Source: a virus. From it: a DNA stretch of 43,015 bases. Of the stretch, positions 17,927-25,639 are shown piece after piece. Below the pieces are notes generated by a model that ran no database searches, had not been told where the DNA came from, and worked only from the letters and a program-made list of their open reading frames with translations. The position numbers were made by a program, and so were the translations under genes. The DNA lies in IMG/VR virus record IMGVR_UViG_3300032167_000278. The stretch is one strand, 5' to 3'. How positions within the stretch are numbered: position 1 is the stretch's first letter; the number at the start of each line of letters is the position of its first letter.

Positions 17927-18227
17927 TGCCTTTTTCTCCTTCTGGTTTCTGCAATTTATATTCCGGGTGTTCTTTAACCCAAGATTCCAAAACTACCGTG
18001 TGGCCGCTGTAAGTTACCGGGCCGTCATGGTTCATAACTTTTGTATAAAACTGGTAATAGCTGAATTCAAAATCTATTGCAGCCTGGAAAAGTGAAAAGA
18101 AATAGGTTCCATCAACATAAACCGGACGACAATACCGATTACGGTGCGGTTTTGGATTCAACACTTTTTTATACAAGCCCCCCCCCCTAAGCGTCACCTT
18201 CCGAAAATTCAATTCCGGTAAAAACAA
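17919..18227 (-). CDS. Hypothetical protein (start uncertain; contains or follows a G10 tract)
   Basis: 102-aa ORF overlapping the antirepressor 3' end by 41 nt. An in-frame TTG at 18176 directly after the G-run is an alternative start. Confidence 0.4.
   Translation of the reverse strand: MFLPELNFRKVTLRGGGLYKKVLNPKPHRNRYCRPVYVDGTYFFSLFQAAIDFEFSYYQFYTKVMNHDGPVTYSGHTVVLESWVKEHPEYKLQKPEGEKGNE
18178..18187. repeat. C10 (G10 on the coding strand) homopolymer at the antirepressor stop
   Basis: Counted directly (ccc + ccccccc). The minus strand reads TAG-GGGGGGGGG-CTT. Confidence 0.8.
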
Positions 18228-19002
18228 GAATCAATTCGCCGTTTACCCGCTTTTGTTTGTAATCAACGAATTTTCCCATTATTTTTTGAACACGGCGGAC
18301 AAATGTATTTCTTGAAAGACAGTTGCCTGCACACCATGCTTCGTAACGCTCATATAATTCAGAAACAGGAACAAAACCAAAATCTACAACTTTGCAGATT
18401 TCAAAAATAAAGTTTTTGATTCTCATGTCTTCATCAGAAAAAGCGGCGGCGGAATTTTCCCCGGCAGCATTCCCAACAATTCCCTGTATTGCAGAGCGGG
18501 TCAAAAGTTTCTTTTCGCCCAATTCTTCCAGATGTTCAAGTATGTATCTGTTGGCACGGAGCTGTGCGATTTCGAGCTTTTTCTTTTCCTGTTCTAATTC
18601 TGTATCAAGTGTGATTGTGTAAGTTCCAGTTTTGCGGATTTGTGGAAGGACTTCATTTGTTACCCAACGGCGGAATTCTTTTGCAGCTTCTTTTCTGCTC
18701 ATAAAGATTGCGTGATACAATCCCGGTTCATTGATAACAAGCATTTCTTGATTTCCGCCAGAGGTGGAAATAGTGCAGTTTATTATTTCGTCTGAATCTA
18801 AAGAGCGTGTTAAGTCGGTTGCATTTTTATAGCCAAGAGCGATTGAGACATCTTTTGCGACAAAAAATGGAGCGTTTTCAATCTGAATTGTACGAACAAG
18901 TTCATCACCAAAAGCCCACGACTGTACTTTTTGTGCTGAAAGGGTATGCACAATTTGCATATCCTTTGCGTCAGTTTTTATTCCTTCACTCAATGATTCC
19001 AT
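18187..19002 (-). CDS. Antirepressor (Bro-N domain, KilAC-like C-terminus)
   Basis: FGDELVRTIQIENAPFFVAKDVSIALGY..ATDLTRSLD is Bro-N-like. Start moved to ATG 19002 (MESLSEG), preceded by RBS agggg. The region upstream of it is a terminator hairpin. Confidence 0.7.
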   Translation of the reverse strand: MESLSEGIKTDAKDMQIVHTLSAQKVQSWAFGDELVRTIQIENAPFFVAKDVSIALGYKNATDLTRSLDSDEIINCTISTSGGNQEMLVINEPGLYHAIFMSRKEAAKEFRRWVTNEVLPQIRKTGTYTITLDTELEQEKKKLEIAQLRANRYILEHLEELGEKKLLTRSAIQGIVGNAAGENSAAAFSDEDMRIKNFIFEICKVVDFGFVPVSELYERYEAWCAGNCLSRNTFVRRVQKIMGKFVDYKQKRVNGELILVFTGIEFSEGDA

Positions 19003-19015
19003 CAGATTTACCCCT

Positions 19016-19059
19016 AAAAACAAAAAAGCCCGGCGAGATGTCGTCTTTCCCACCGGGCT
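19016..19059 (-). terminator. Intrinsic terminator in the antirepressor leader
   Basis: The minus strand reads AGCCCGG-(19 nt)-CCGGGCT followed by TTTTTGTTTTT, ending 14 nt before the antirepressor ATG. Confidence 0.65.
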
Positions 19060-19163
19060 TAAAGCGGAAAACACAGGAGTATTTCACCCATGCTTTAACC
19101 ACCCAATAAAAAGTGAGTGGCTAATAAAGACGACATGAATTAGCAACTCATTTTCTACCTCTG

Positions 19164-19192
19164 AAAATAAGGGATAAATTTAATAATGTCAA
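19164..19192 (-). promoter_or_regulatory. Sigma-70-type promoter for the leftward early operon
   Basis: Minus strand: TTGACA (19192-19187), 17-nt spacer, TATTTT (19169-19164). Confidence 0.55.
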
Positions 19193-19305
19193 CACCTTAT
19201 TTTTGATTTTCAGTGTTTTTTTTCAAAAAAAATGCCGATACACTCAATTTTTACATGTTTCTAACCGAGAATCGCAATGCGGAAAACATTTTTTAGGGGT
19301 TGCCT

Positions 19306-20565
19306 ATGTCTCAAGAATACCTTGCATTGCAGGAACGCAAGCGGAAATGGATTCCACTTGCATGTATCGGCAGATGCTCTATTGCACAAGCTGCATTAAA
19401 TATTGGAATTACAGAAAGGGGTGTTTCATATCTAAAACACCGATACCGTTTATACGGCGATTCGATTTTCACAAATGGTCACAAAGGAAAAACTCAGAAG
19501 AAGCGGTACAGTGACGATTTGCGGAAAGAAATATGCAGAATATACCGCAACTATTGGCCAGACTCTAATTTCAGCGCATTCAAAGATCGCTTGATAACCT
19601 ATCACAACATCAAAATTGGAATAATTACACTTACAGAAATTCTACAATCAGACGGTATAAAATCACCAAAAGCACATTCAAAAGGCAAGAAAAAGAAACA
19701 TTTACCACGAAAAGAACGCCCCTGTACTGGTGAATTGCTGCAATTAGACGCTTCCAACCACGACTGGCTTATGAACGGCGAAAAAATAACGCTTCACGGG
19801 GCTGTTGATGACGCTACGCATGAACCGACAGGACTTTATTTCTGCCGGAATGAATGTAGACTGGGTTACAGTGAAGTTTTAAGACAAACTCTTACATTAC
19901 AAGGAAAACCAGAAGCTGTTTACATCGACAGACATGCGGCTTTTGTGAAAAACGCACGGAAAAAAGATAAAACACTGGAAGAGCGGCTTGAATACAGCAA
20001 GGAAGAAGAGACACATTGGACGGAAATCTGCAATGAACTGAATACGAAAATTATTTTAGCCCTGTCCGCAGAAGCAAAAGGCAGGATTGAACGATTTTGG
20101 GAAACTCTACAAGGTCGTTTGCCGCAGTTATTCAGATTTTTAGGCATAGATACGATTGAAAAAGCAAACGAATTCATGCCGACCTACATAAAAATGTACA
20201 AAGAACGCTTTGCCGTTCCCCCGCAGGACGAAAAAACACACTACAAACCCGCAAACATGACAGAGAACGAGCTTGAATATTTACTTTCCGTGAAGTTCCA
20301 GAAGAAAACACGATGGAACGGAGAGTTTATTTTTCACGGATTTTTATTTCATCTTGAAGCCCCTAGGGCCGCTTGTCGCGATTTCACACTTTGCCTTTCT
20401 GAAAAAACAGGAATCTGGGCGTTTATGGACGGCAAATATTACCCCGTTACCCTGGCAGAACCGCTTACAGACTGTGTTGGCGACCCGATGCCGCAGGTTG
20501 AAAAAGATTTGATTGAACGGTATTTGCTGAAATCCACACGGGTACAGCGTTACGCTTTTGGGTAA
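19306..20565 (+). mobile_element. DDE (rve-type) transposase gene; IS element boundaries not resolved
   Basis: N-terminal HTH, LQLDAS...AVDDATHE...AVYIDRHAAF...KGRIERFWETLQ (D, D, E pattern). ATG 19306 preferred over the track's TTG 19300 because the RBS tagggg lies 7 nt upstream. Confidence 0.7.
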
Positions 20566-20923
20566 AGGTAATTTTTTCATCTAACGGCAACATTGCGGCG
20601 CGTAGGCTGTTGATTTCGGTAAAAAAATAATTTTACCGAAAAAAGAAAATTAAAAAATCAAACTTCTCAATCTTTTTTCATTTTTTTTTACCTTCAATAC
20701 TTTACAAATAACTTTACTTTTTAAGTGTTTACAATACAACGATTTACTAATTTTTTTATGGTAAAATGGTAAAGTAATTTATATTACTTTGTAAAAGTTT
20801 TTTAAGAATAAAAATTTTAATGAATAAAAAATTTTATTCCAGAAAAAACTTTAGAAACTCTTACCAAAATTCTTTTACTACTTTACCAACAAAATATTTA
20901 ATTGTTTTACCAATAGTTACCAA
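20561..20923. repeat. AT-rich non-coding region carrying 11 TTACC/GGTAA core motifs, including 4 direct TTACCAA repeats
   Basis: GGTAA at 20561, 20567, 20618, 20760, 20768. TTACC at 20632, 20688, 20871, 20883, 20907, 20917. An 11-bp-stem hairpin at 20614-20641 is built from the motif. Confidence 0.7.
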
Positions 20924-21051
20924 TCCGCAATAAAAAGAAAAGCAGCTCAAAGGTACTGGGCAGCCCCCGTACCCGTATGCAATTATTCGGCGGCGGGTGC
21001 GTTTTGTTTTTTGTGCGTCATGTTCCGTGGTAGGTTTACAAAAAGTTTACA

Positions 21052-21067
21052 TTGGTATAGCGAGTTA
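21052..21067 (+). promoter_or_regulatory. Late-promoter-like motif copy 2 (TTGGTATAGCGAGTTA)
   Basis: 27 nt upstream of the ATG at 21095. Confidence 0.5.
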
Positions 21068-21094
21068 CATTGTCAACATTTACAATTTCCTGTA

Positions 21095-21859
21095 ATGGAA
21101 GTAAAAGCAGCAGAATTTGCGCGGATGGCTGGCGTTTCGCGCATGGCAATAAGTGGAAAAATAAAAAACGGTACTCTCATTCTGAACAGCGGCGGAAAGC
21201 TGGACACAGATAATCCGTTAAATCGTGCCTATTTGGACAAACACAGAGAAAAACAAAAAGCGGCTCTGCAAGCAAAAGAATTGGAACGAACTTTTAACCA
21301 GGCGGCAGAAGAAATTGAAAAACAGCCTTCTGCAACAACCTTTCCTTTGCCGGAGCAGACTAACAAACAGCTGGAGCAAAACCAGACACAAAACAAAGCC
21401 GCCACCATGCTGAACATGACTATTGGTGAACTGATTAAACACTACGGCGATGTAAAGGGCATTGGCGACTACGCAAAAATTTTGCGAGATTTAACAGCCG
21501 CCGACGAGCGCGAACAAAAAACGCAAGAAAGACGAATGCTGCAAATACCAAAAGACTTTGTTGTAGCCCGGCTTTTCAGCTTTGTAGACCAACTTATGAA
21601 CAAGCTGCTGGATGTGCCGGAAGCTGTAAGTGACCAGGTTATAGCTCTTGCACTCTCCAGCGACGAAGGAACAAGGCGGCAGGAAGTTATAAATGTTTTA
21701 AGCGACAATTTAACACGCTGTTTTGCCGGATGCAAAGAACACATTATTTCTGAACTGAACGGCTTAAAAGGTAAATACGACAAAACAGAAGACGATTCTG
21801 CAACCGTGATTGCAGACTTGAACGACAAGCTGGATTTATTGCAAGGTGGCAAAGAATGA
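21095..21859 (+). CDS. terS: Putative terminase small subunit (Nu1-like N-terminal HTH)
   Basis: MEVKAAEFARMAGVSRMAISGKIKNG resembles the lambda Nu1 N-terminus. The track start 21011 is a TTG upstream of the promoter-like motif, so ATG 21095 is preferred. Confidence 0.5.
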   Translation: MEVKAAEFARMAGVSRMAISGKIKNGTLILNSGGKLDTDNPLNRAYLDKHREKQKAALQAKELERTFNQAAEEIEKQPSATTFPLPEQTNKQLEQNQTQNKAATMLNMTIGELIKHYGDVKGIGDYAKILRDLTAADEREQKTQERRMLQIPKDFVVARLFSFVDQLMNKLLDVPEAVSDQVIALALSSDEGTRRQEVINVLSDNLTRCFAGCKEHIISELNGLKGKYDKTEDDSATVIADLNDKLDLLQGGKE

Positions 21860-22131
21860 AGTATTACACGAATCTATGGGAAAAGTTTCGGCTGGGCGAA
21901 AAAGCCAAAGATTACAGAACGGTTTTCAGAGGGAATGATTTTGCATTAGGCTGTGCAAAAACCGGACAAGAATGCGCAGAAAGATTCGGAGCGGGCGGAA
22001 CAATGCACGCAAACAAGGACGGTATGGAAATGGTCATAGAACAATGCGGAAAAATAGTCCTTTATATTGGCCCGGCGCAAAACCAAAATGACGGGCTGGG
22101 GAAATATTGCGGACTGATTTTAAAGGAATAA
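21856..22131 (+). CDS. Hypothetical protein
   Basis: 91-aa ORF, ATGA-coupled to the preceding gene. Confidence 0.5.
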   Translation: MKYYTNLWEKFRLGEKAKDYRTVFRGNDFALGCAKTGQECAERFGAGGTMHANKDGMEMVIEQCGKIVLYIGPAQNQNDGLGKYCGLILKE

Positions 22132-22145
22132 AGGGAGAAAATAAC

Positions 22146-22292
22146 ATGAGCCAAAACCAGAACAAGAAAATGTACAGACGAAACAGGCGGGAAACAATCC
22201 GGCATTACAGGGGATTTTGCAATTACATCAATACACAGAAATTCATTGCACGGCTGCATTTTGCGTGGCACGTGATAAAGGGGGATTTATGA
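22146..22292 (+). CDS. Small basic hypothetical protein (48 aa)
   Basis: Internal ATG of ORF 22107-22292, preceded by aagggagaaaataac. Its stop overlaps the next start (ATGA). Confidence 0.45.
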   Translation: MSQNQNKKMYRRNRRETIRHYRGFCNYINTQKFIARLHFAWHVIKGDL

Positions 22293-22525
22293 TTATTGAC
22301 CAGAGAAACACAAACGCCGTTATACAGGCCTTATGCAACAGAGGGTTGCAAGGAAAATCTCAAAAGATTTTTTTGAACGCTTCCCTGCCGGAAGTAGACA
22401 CGGATGATATTCAGCGAAAGATTGCGGAACTGCAAGAGGATTTGACGGCATTTGCGCGTGACATTGCCTGCATTGAACAGGATTACAAAGACAAGGCGGT
22501 AGAGAATGAACAAAAAAATTGTTAG
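22289..22525 (+). CDS. Hypothetical coiled-coil protein
   Basis: ATG 22289 with RBS aaaggggg. The longer track ORF from 22217 overlaps the previous gene. Confidence 0.45.
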   Translation: MIIDQRNTNAVIQALCNRGLQGKSQKIFLNASLPEVDTDDIQRKIAELQEDLTAFARDIACIEQDYKDKAVENEQKNC

Positions 22526-22817
22526 GGCTGATTTGGCAGAAGATTTGTACAACTCATACAACGGCAAGTTTGGGCGTGAAGAAGCTGCGCGGATTATTAA
22601 CCACATCATTTTGAAAATGAAAAGCGAGATTGCAGACGGCAACACAATAGAGCTGCGAGGATTCGGTACGCTTTACGCAAAAAAAAGAAACGGCAGAAAG
22701 AATGCACGAAATCCTAAGACGGGCGAAATAAAAAACATTCCGCCGCATTATGTGGCAGCATTCAAGGCCGGGCAAGAGCTTAAACAATCGCTGCTCATTC
22801 TGGATGCACTGGACTGA
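22506..22817 (+). CDS. HU/IHF-family DNA-bending protein
   Basis: IELRGFGTLYAKKRNGRKNARNPKTGEIKNIPPHYVAAFKAGQELK is the classic HU/IHF arm. Confidence 0.8.
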   Translation: MNKKIVRADLAEDLYNSYNGKFGREEAARIINHIILKMKSEIADGNTIELRGFGTLYAKKRNGRKNARNPKTGEIKNIPPHYVAAFKAGQELKQSLLILDALD

Positions 22818-22846
22818 TAATTACTAACGCGTGAAAACAGAAAGAG

Positions 22847-24832
22847 ATGCCACAGGTTAAAATCAATTTTGACGATGTAGATTTTTTAATTGAACAGTTC
22901 TCACGATTAACGGCACAGCGAAGCTACAGGAAGCCGAGCGAATACATTGAAAGTGTGCGTTACATTGACCGTGCGCTTTCACCTTTTCCGGGCAAATTCA
23001 GCTATGACAAGTTTCCGTATTTTAGGGAAATTGTAGACCAGTTTGCGCCGGATTGCCCGACAAGACGTGTTTATGTTATGAAGGGAAACCAGGTTGGAGC
23101 TACAACAGGACTGCTTGAAAGCATAATGATGTATTACATTGGCGAAAATCCTGCGCCGCAACTTTATGTTTTGCCGGACGAAATGATGGCCCGTGATGCC
23201 GTAAACACTAAAATTGACCCGACAATAGACAACTGCGGATTAAGAAACCTTATTTTCAGCCAGACAAGAAAAGCGGCGGGCGCAAAAAATACAGGCGATA
23301 CAGGATTAAAAAAGGAATATCCGGGCGGATATTTACACGCCGTTGGAGCCGGAAGCGGAAACCGCTTCAGAAACTTTTCTTACAAAATTGAGCTTGTGGA
23401 CGAAGCGGACGGAATGCAAGCCAAAGTTAAAGGCGAAGGTTCGATTTATGATTTGGCGGTTGCCCGTCTGGATGCCTACCCTACGAGCAGCAAACTTTTT
23501 ATTGGTTCAACACCAACAGAAGAAAGAAGCAGCTTGATTGCAAAACTTTTTAGAAACGGAACAATGAAGTATTTTTATGTTCCATGCAAGTTTTGCGGCG
23601 AAATGCAGAAACTTGAATGGGCAGTATGGAACGAAGATAAAACAGAGCAGATAGGCGGCATCGTCTGGGAAAACAACGAAAACTTTGAGCCGATTTTAGA
23701 GACAGTCGGCTATAAATGCCCGTATTGCGGCGGCATTATGAAAAACTACGACAAGGCAGCCATTGTTCCTAAAGGTGAATGGCGGGCAAGTCAAAAGCCG
23801 ATTCAGCCAAATACGGAAAGTTATCACATAACAGCTTTGTACAATCCGCCGGGAATGTTTTCCTGGGAAGACTATGTAAGCCAGTGGGCGGGATGCTGGG
23901 ATATTAAGGCAAACAAGGTGCGAGACAAAGAACGCTACAGAGTTTTCCGCAACCTTAAACAAGGGCTTACATTCCAGGAACAAAACGAGCAAATCAAATA
24001 CGAAAAGGCTGTCTTGCACAGGCGTTTTGGTTTTGCGCGCGGCACGATTCCAAACAAGATGGCGCGAGAAGAAGCCGGAAGCCCGATTCTTATTCTTGTT
24101 TGCGCAGTCGATGTTCAGAAAAACGGTTTGTATGTTGACATAAAAGGCTTTGCCATGAACGGCGTTACATACACGATTGACTTTAAGTTTATAGAGGAAG
24201 CGACGGAGCAATTCGGCGGCCCGTGGGATGAGCTTGAACAGATTATTGAAAACGGCATTTTTACCGACGAAGACGGCTTAAACTACCGCATTGCAATAAC
24301 GCTTGTTGATTCCGGCCATTATACGGATTGGGTTTATTCCTTTGTGGCGCGATTTACGGCGGGCGTTTACGCTTCAAAAGGTATGGACTGGATCAAGGGC
24401 GGCGAGACTTACCAGCTTTTCAGCCGCGCAACACTTGACCGAATAGGTTTGCCGCTTGCGTATCATGTGAATACAGGAAAACTTAAAGACCGAATTTCAA
24501 ACAGTATGAATGTTTTAAGGTGGAACGAAGGTGAAAAACAGCCAGCATGGTTCCCGAACTTCCCGGAAAACTTTAGGGATGATTACTTCAAAATGTTTGA
24601 AGCGGAAGAGAAAGTTGAAGTTATAGACAAGAATACGGGCCAATGGCTGAAGACAATCTGGCGGGCTAAATTTGGAGCTGCAAACCACGGCTTTGATACA
24701 TACGTTTATGCTTTGGCGGCTTTGGAGATTCTGGCGGATGATATTTGCAGAAACGAAATCGGGCTAAAGGCTTTGGACATGGGCGTTTTCTGGAGATATG
24801 CAAAACAGAATCTTATTCCGGGGGAAAAATAA
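22847..24832 (+). CDS. terL: Terminase large subunit (lambda gpA family)
   Basis: 661 aa. N-terminal ATPase region (VMKGNQVGATTGLLE), zinc-like CKFCG...CPYCG pair, size and position typical of gpA. Confidence 0.8.
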   Translation: MPQVKINFDDVDFLIEQFSRLTAQRSYRKPSEYIESVRYIDRALSPFPGKFSYDKFPYFREIVDQFAPDCPTRRVYVMKGNQVGATTGLLESIMMYYIGENPAPQLYVLPDEMMARDAVNTKIDPTIDNCGLRNLIFSQTRKAAGAKNTGDTGLKKEYPGGYLHAVGAGSGNRFRNFSYKIELVDEADGMQAKVKGEGSIYDLAVARLDAYPTSSKLFIGSTPTEERSSLIAKLFRNGTMKYFYVPCKFCGEMQKLEWAVWNEDKTEQIGGIVWENNENFEPILETVGYKCPYCGGIMKNYDKAAIVPKGEWRASQKPIQPNTESYHITALYNPPGMFSWEDYVSQWAGCWDIKANKVRDKERYRVFRNLKQGLTFQEQNEQIKYEKAVLHRRFGFARGTIPNKMAREEAGSPILILVCAVDVQKNGLYVDIKGFAMNGVTYTIDFKFIEEATEQFGGPWDELEQIIENGIFTDEDGLNYRIAITLVDSGHYTDWVYSFVARFTAGVYASKGMDWIKGGETYQLFSRATLDRIGLPLAYHVNTGKLKDRISNSMNVLRWNEGEKQPAWFPNFPENFRDDYFKMFEAEEKVEVIDKNTGQWLKTIWRAKFGAANHGFDTYVYALAALEILADDICRNEIGLKALDMGVFWRYAKQNLIPGEK

Positions 24833-24836
24833 AAAA

Positions 24837-25592
24837 ATGAGAAGACAGATTGCTTATAACATGGACTGCATGGACTTAATGAAACTGTTGCCAGACAATG
24901 AATTTGACTTGGCGATTGTAGATCTGCCCTATGGGGGGGGGTACACGCCGCTTGTGGTGGACGGTTTGACCGATACGAACCGAAAAAGCAAAAGGCAGAA
25001 GCCACACCGTACAGGGGGCATCTTTAGCAACGCTGAAGAAATCAAAGTTGGACGCACGGGCGGAACATGGGCTGCAAAATACGGAAGCAAAGTTGCGCAA
25101 TGGGATATTGCGCCGGATGACGAATATTTTAAAGAGCTTTTCAGAGTAAGCAAACGACAAATAATCTGGGGCGGAAATTATTTTAACCTGGGTGCAAGCC
25201 GTTGTTATTTGGTATGGAGAAAAAGCAATATTCCGGCAGAAGGTTTTTCGCTTGCGCCTGTTGAACTTGCATGGACGAGTTTAAACGAAAATGCAGCCTA
25301 TTTTGAATGCGGTTCAAATGGAGCTGAAGACGGAACAAGAATTCACCCTACACAAAAACCGATTGCGTTATATACATGGATTTTGCACAGGTTCGCAAAA
25401 CCTGGCGACAAGATTTTAGATACACACTTAGGCAGCGGTTCAAGCAGGATTGCAGCGCACGAAATGGGCTACGATTTTGTAGGATGCGAAAAGGACACTG
25501 AATATTTCCTTTTGCAGGAAAAGCGTTTTAAAAGCTGGATTGCACAGCAAAGCCTTTTTGAAATGGACGGCGGGCAGCCAGTGTTATTCTAA
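24837..25592 (+). CDS. Beta-class amino (N6-A or N4-C) DNA methyltransferase with an internal G9 tract
   Basis: Motif IV DLPYG near the N-terminus and motif I DTHLGSGSS near the C-terminus (beta order). ATG 24837 follows the terminase stop. G9 at 24933-24941. Confidence 0.75.
   Translation: MRRQIAYNMDCMDLMKLLPDNEFDLAIVDLPYGGGYTPLVVDGLTDTNRKSKRQKPHRTGGIFSNAEEIKVGRTGGTWAAKYGSKVAQWDIAPDDEYFKELFRVSKRQIIWGGNYFNLGASRCYLVWRKSNIPAEGFSLAPVELAWTSLNENAAYFECGSNGAEDGTRIHPTQKPIALYTWILHRFAKPGDKILDTHLGSGSSRIAAHEMGYDFVGCEKDTEYFLLQEKRFKSWIAQQSLFEMDGGQPVLF
24933..24941 (+). repeat. G9 homopolymer encoding GGG directly after the DLPY catalytic motif
   Basis: Counted directly: tat ggg ggg ggg tac. Confidence 0.85.
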
Positions 25593-25601
25593 GAAAAAAG
25601 C

Positions 25602-25627
25602 GGCAACTACTCACGTGAGTAGTTGCC
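25602..25627. repeat. CACGTG palindrome copy 2 (26-bp perfect: GGCAACTACTCACGTGAGTAGTTGCC)
   Basis: Lies between the convergent methyltransferase and hicB genes. Confidence 0.85.
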
Positions 25628-25639
25628 ATTCTTAATGCT

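Noticed and set aside
18187-19074. The full-length 295-aa version of the antirepressor ORF starting at 19074
   Set aside because: The first 24 codons would be translated from the terminator hairpin and T-run. ATG 19002 has a proper RBS, and the Bro-N domain starts after it.
19075-19299. Inverted repeats defining IS ends around the transposase
   Set aside because: Only 7-9-bp matches are present (cgcaatg/cattgcg, tttgatttt) in AT-rich DNA. That is too weak to call IS termini without comparative data.
22266-22277. An additional CACGTG at 22269-22274 as a seventh palindrome copy
   Set aside because: Only the 6-bp core is present. The flanks (tggCACGTGata) do not extend the symmetry, and it lies inside coding sequence.
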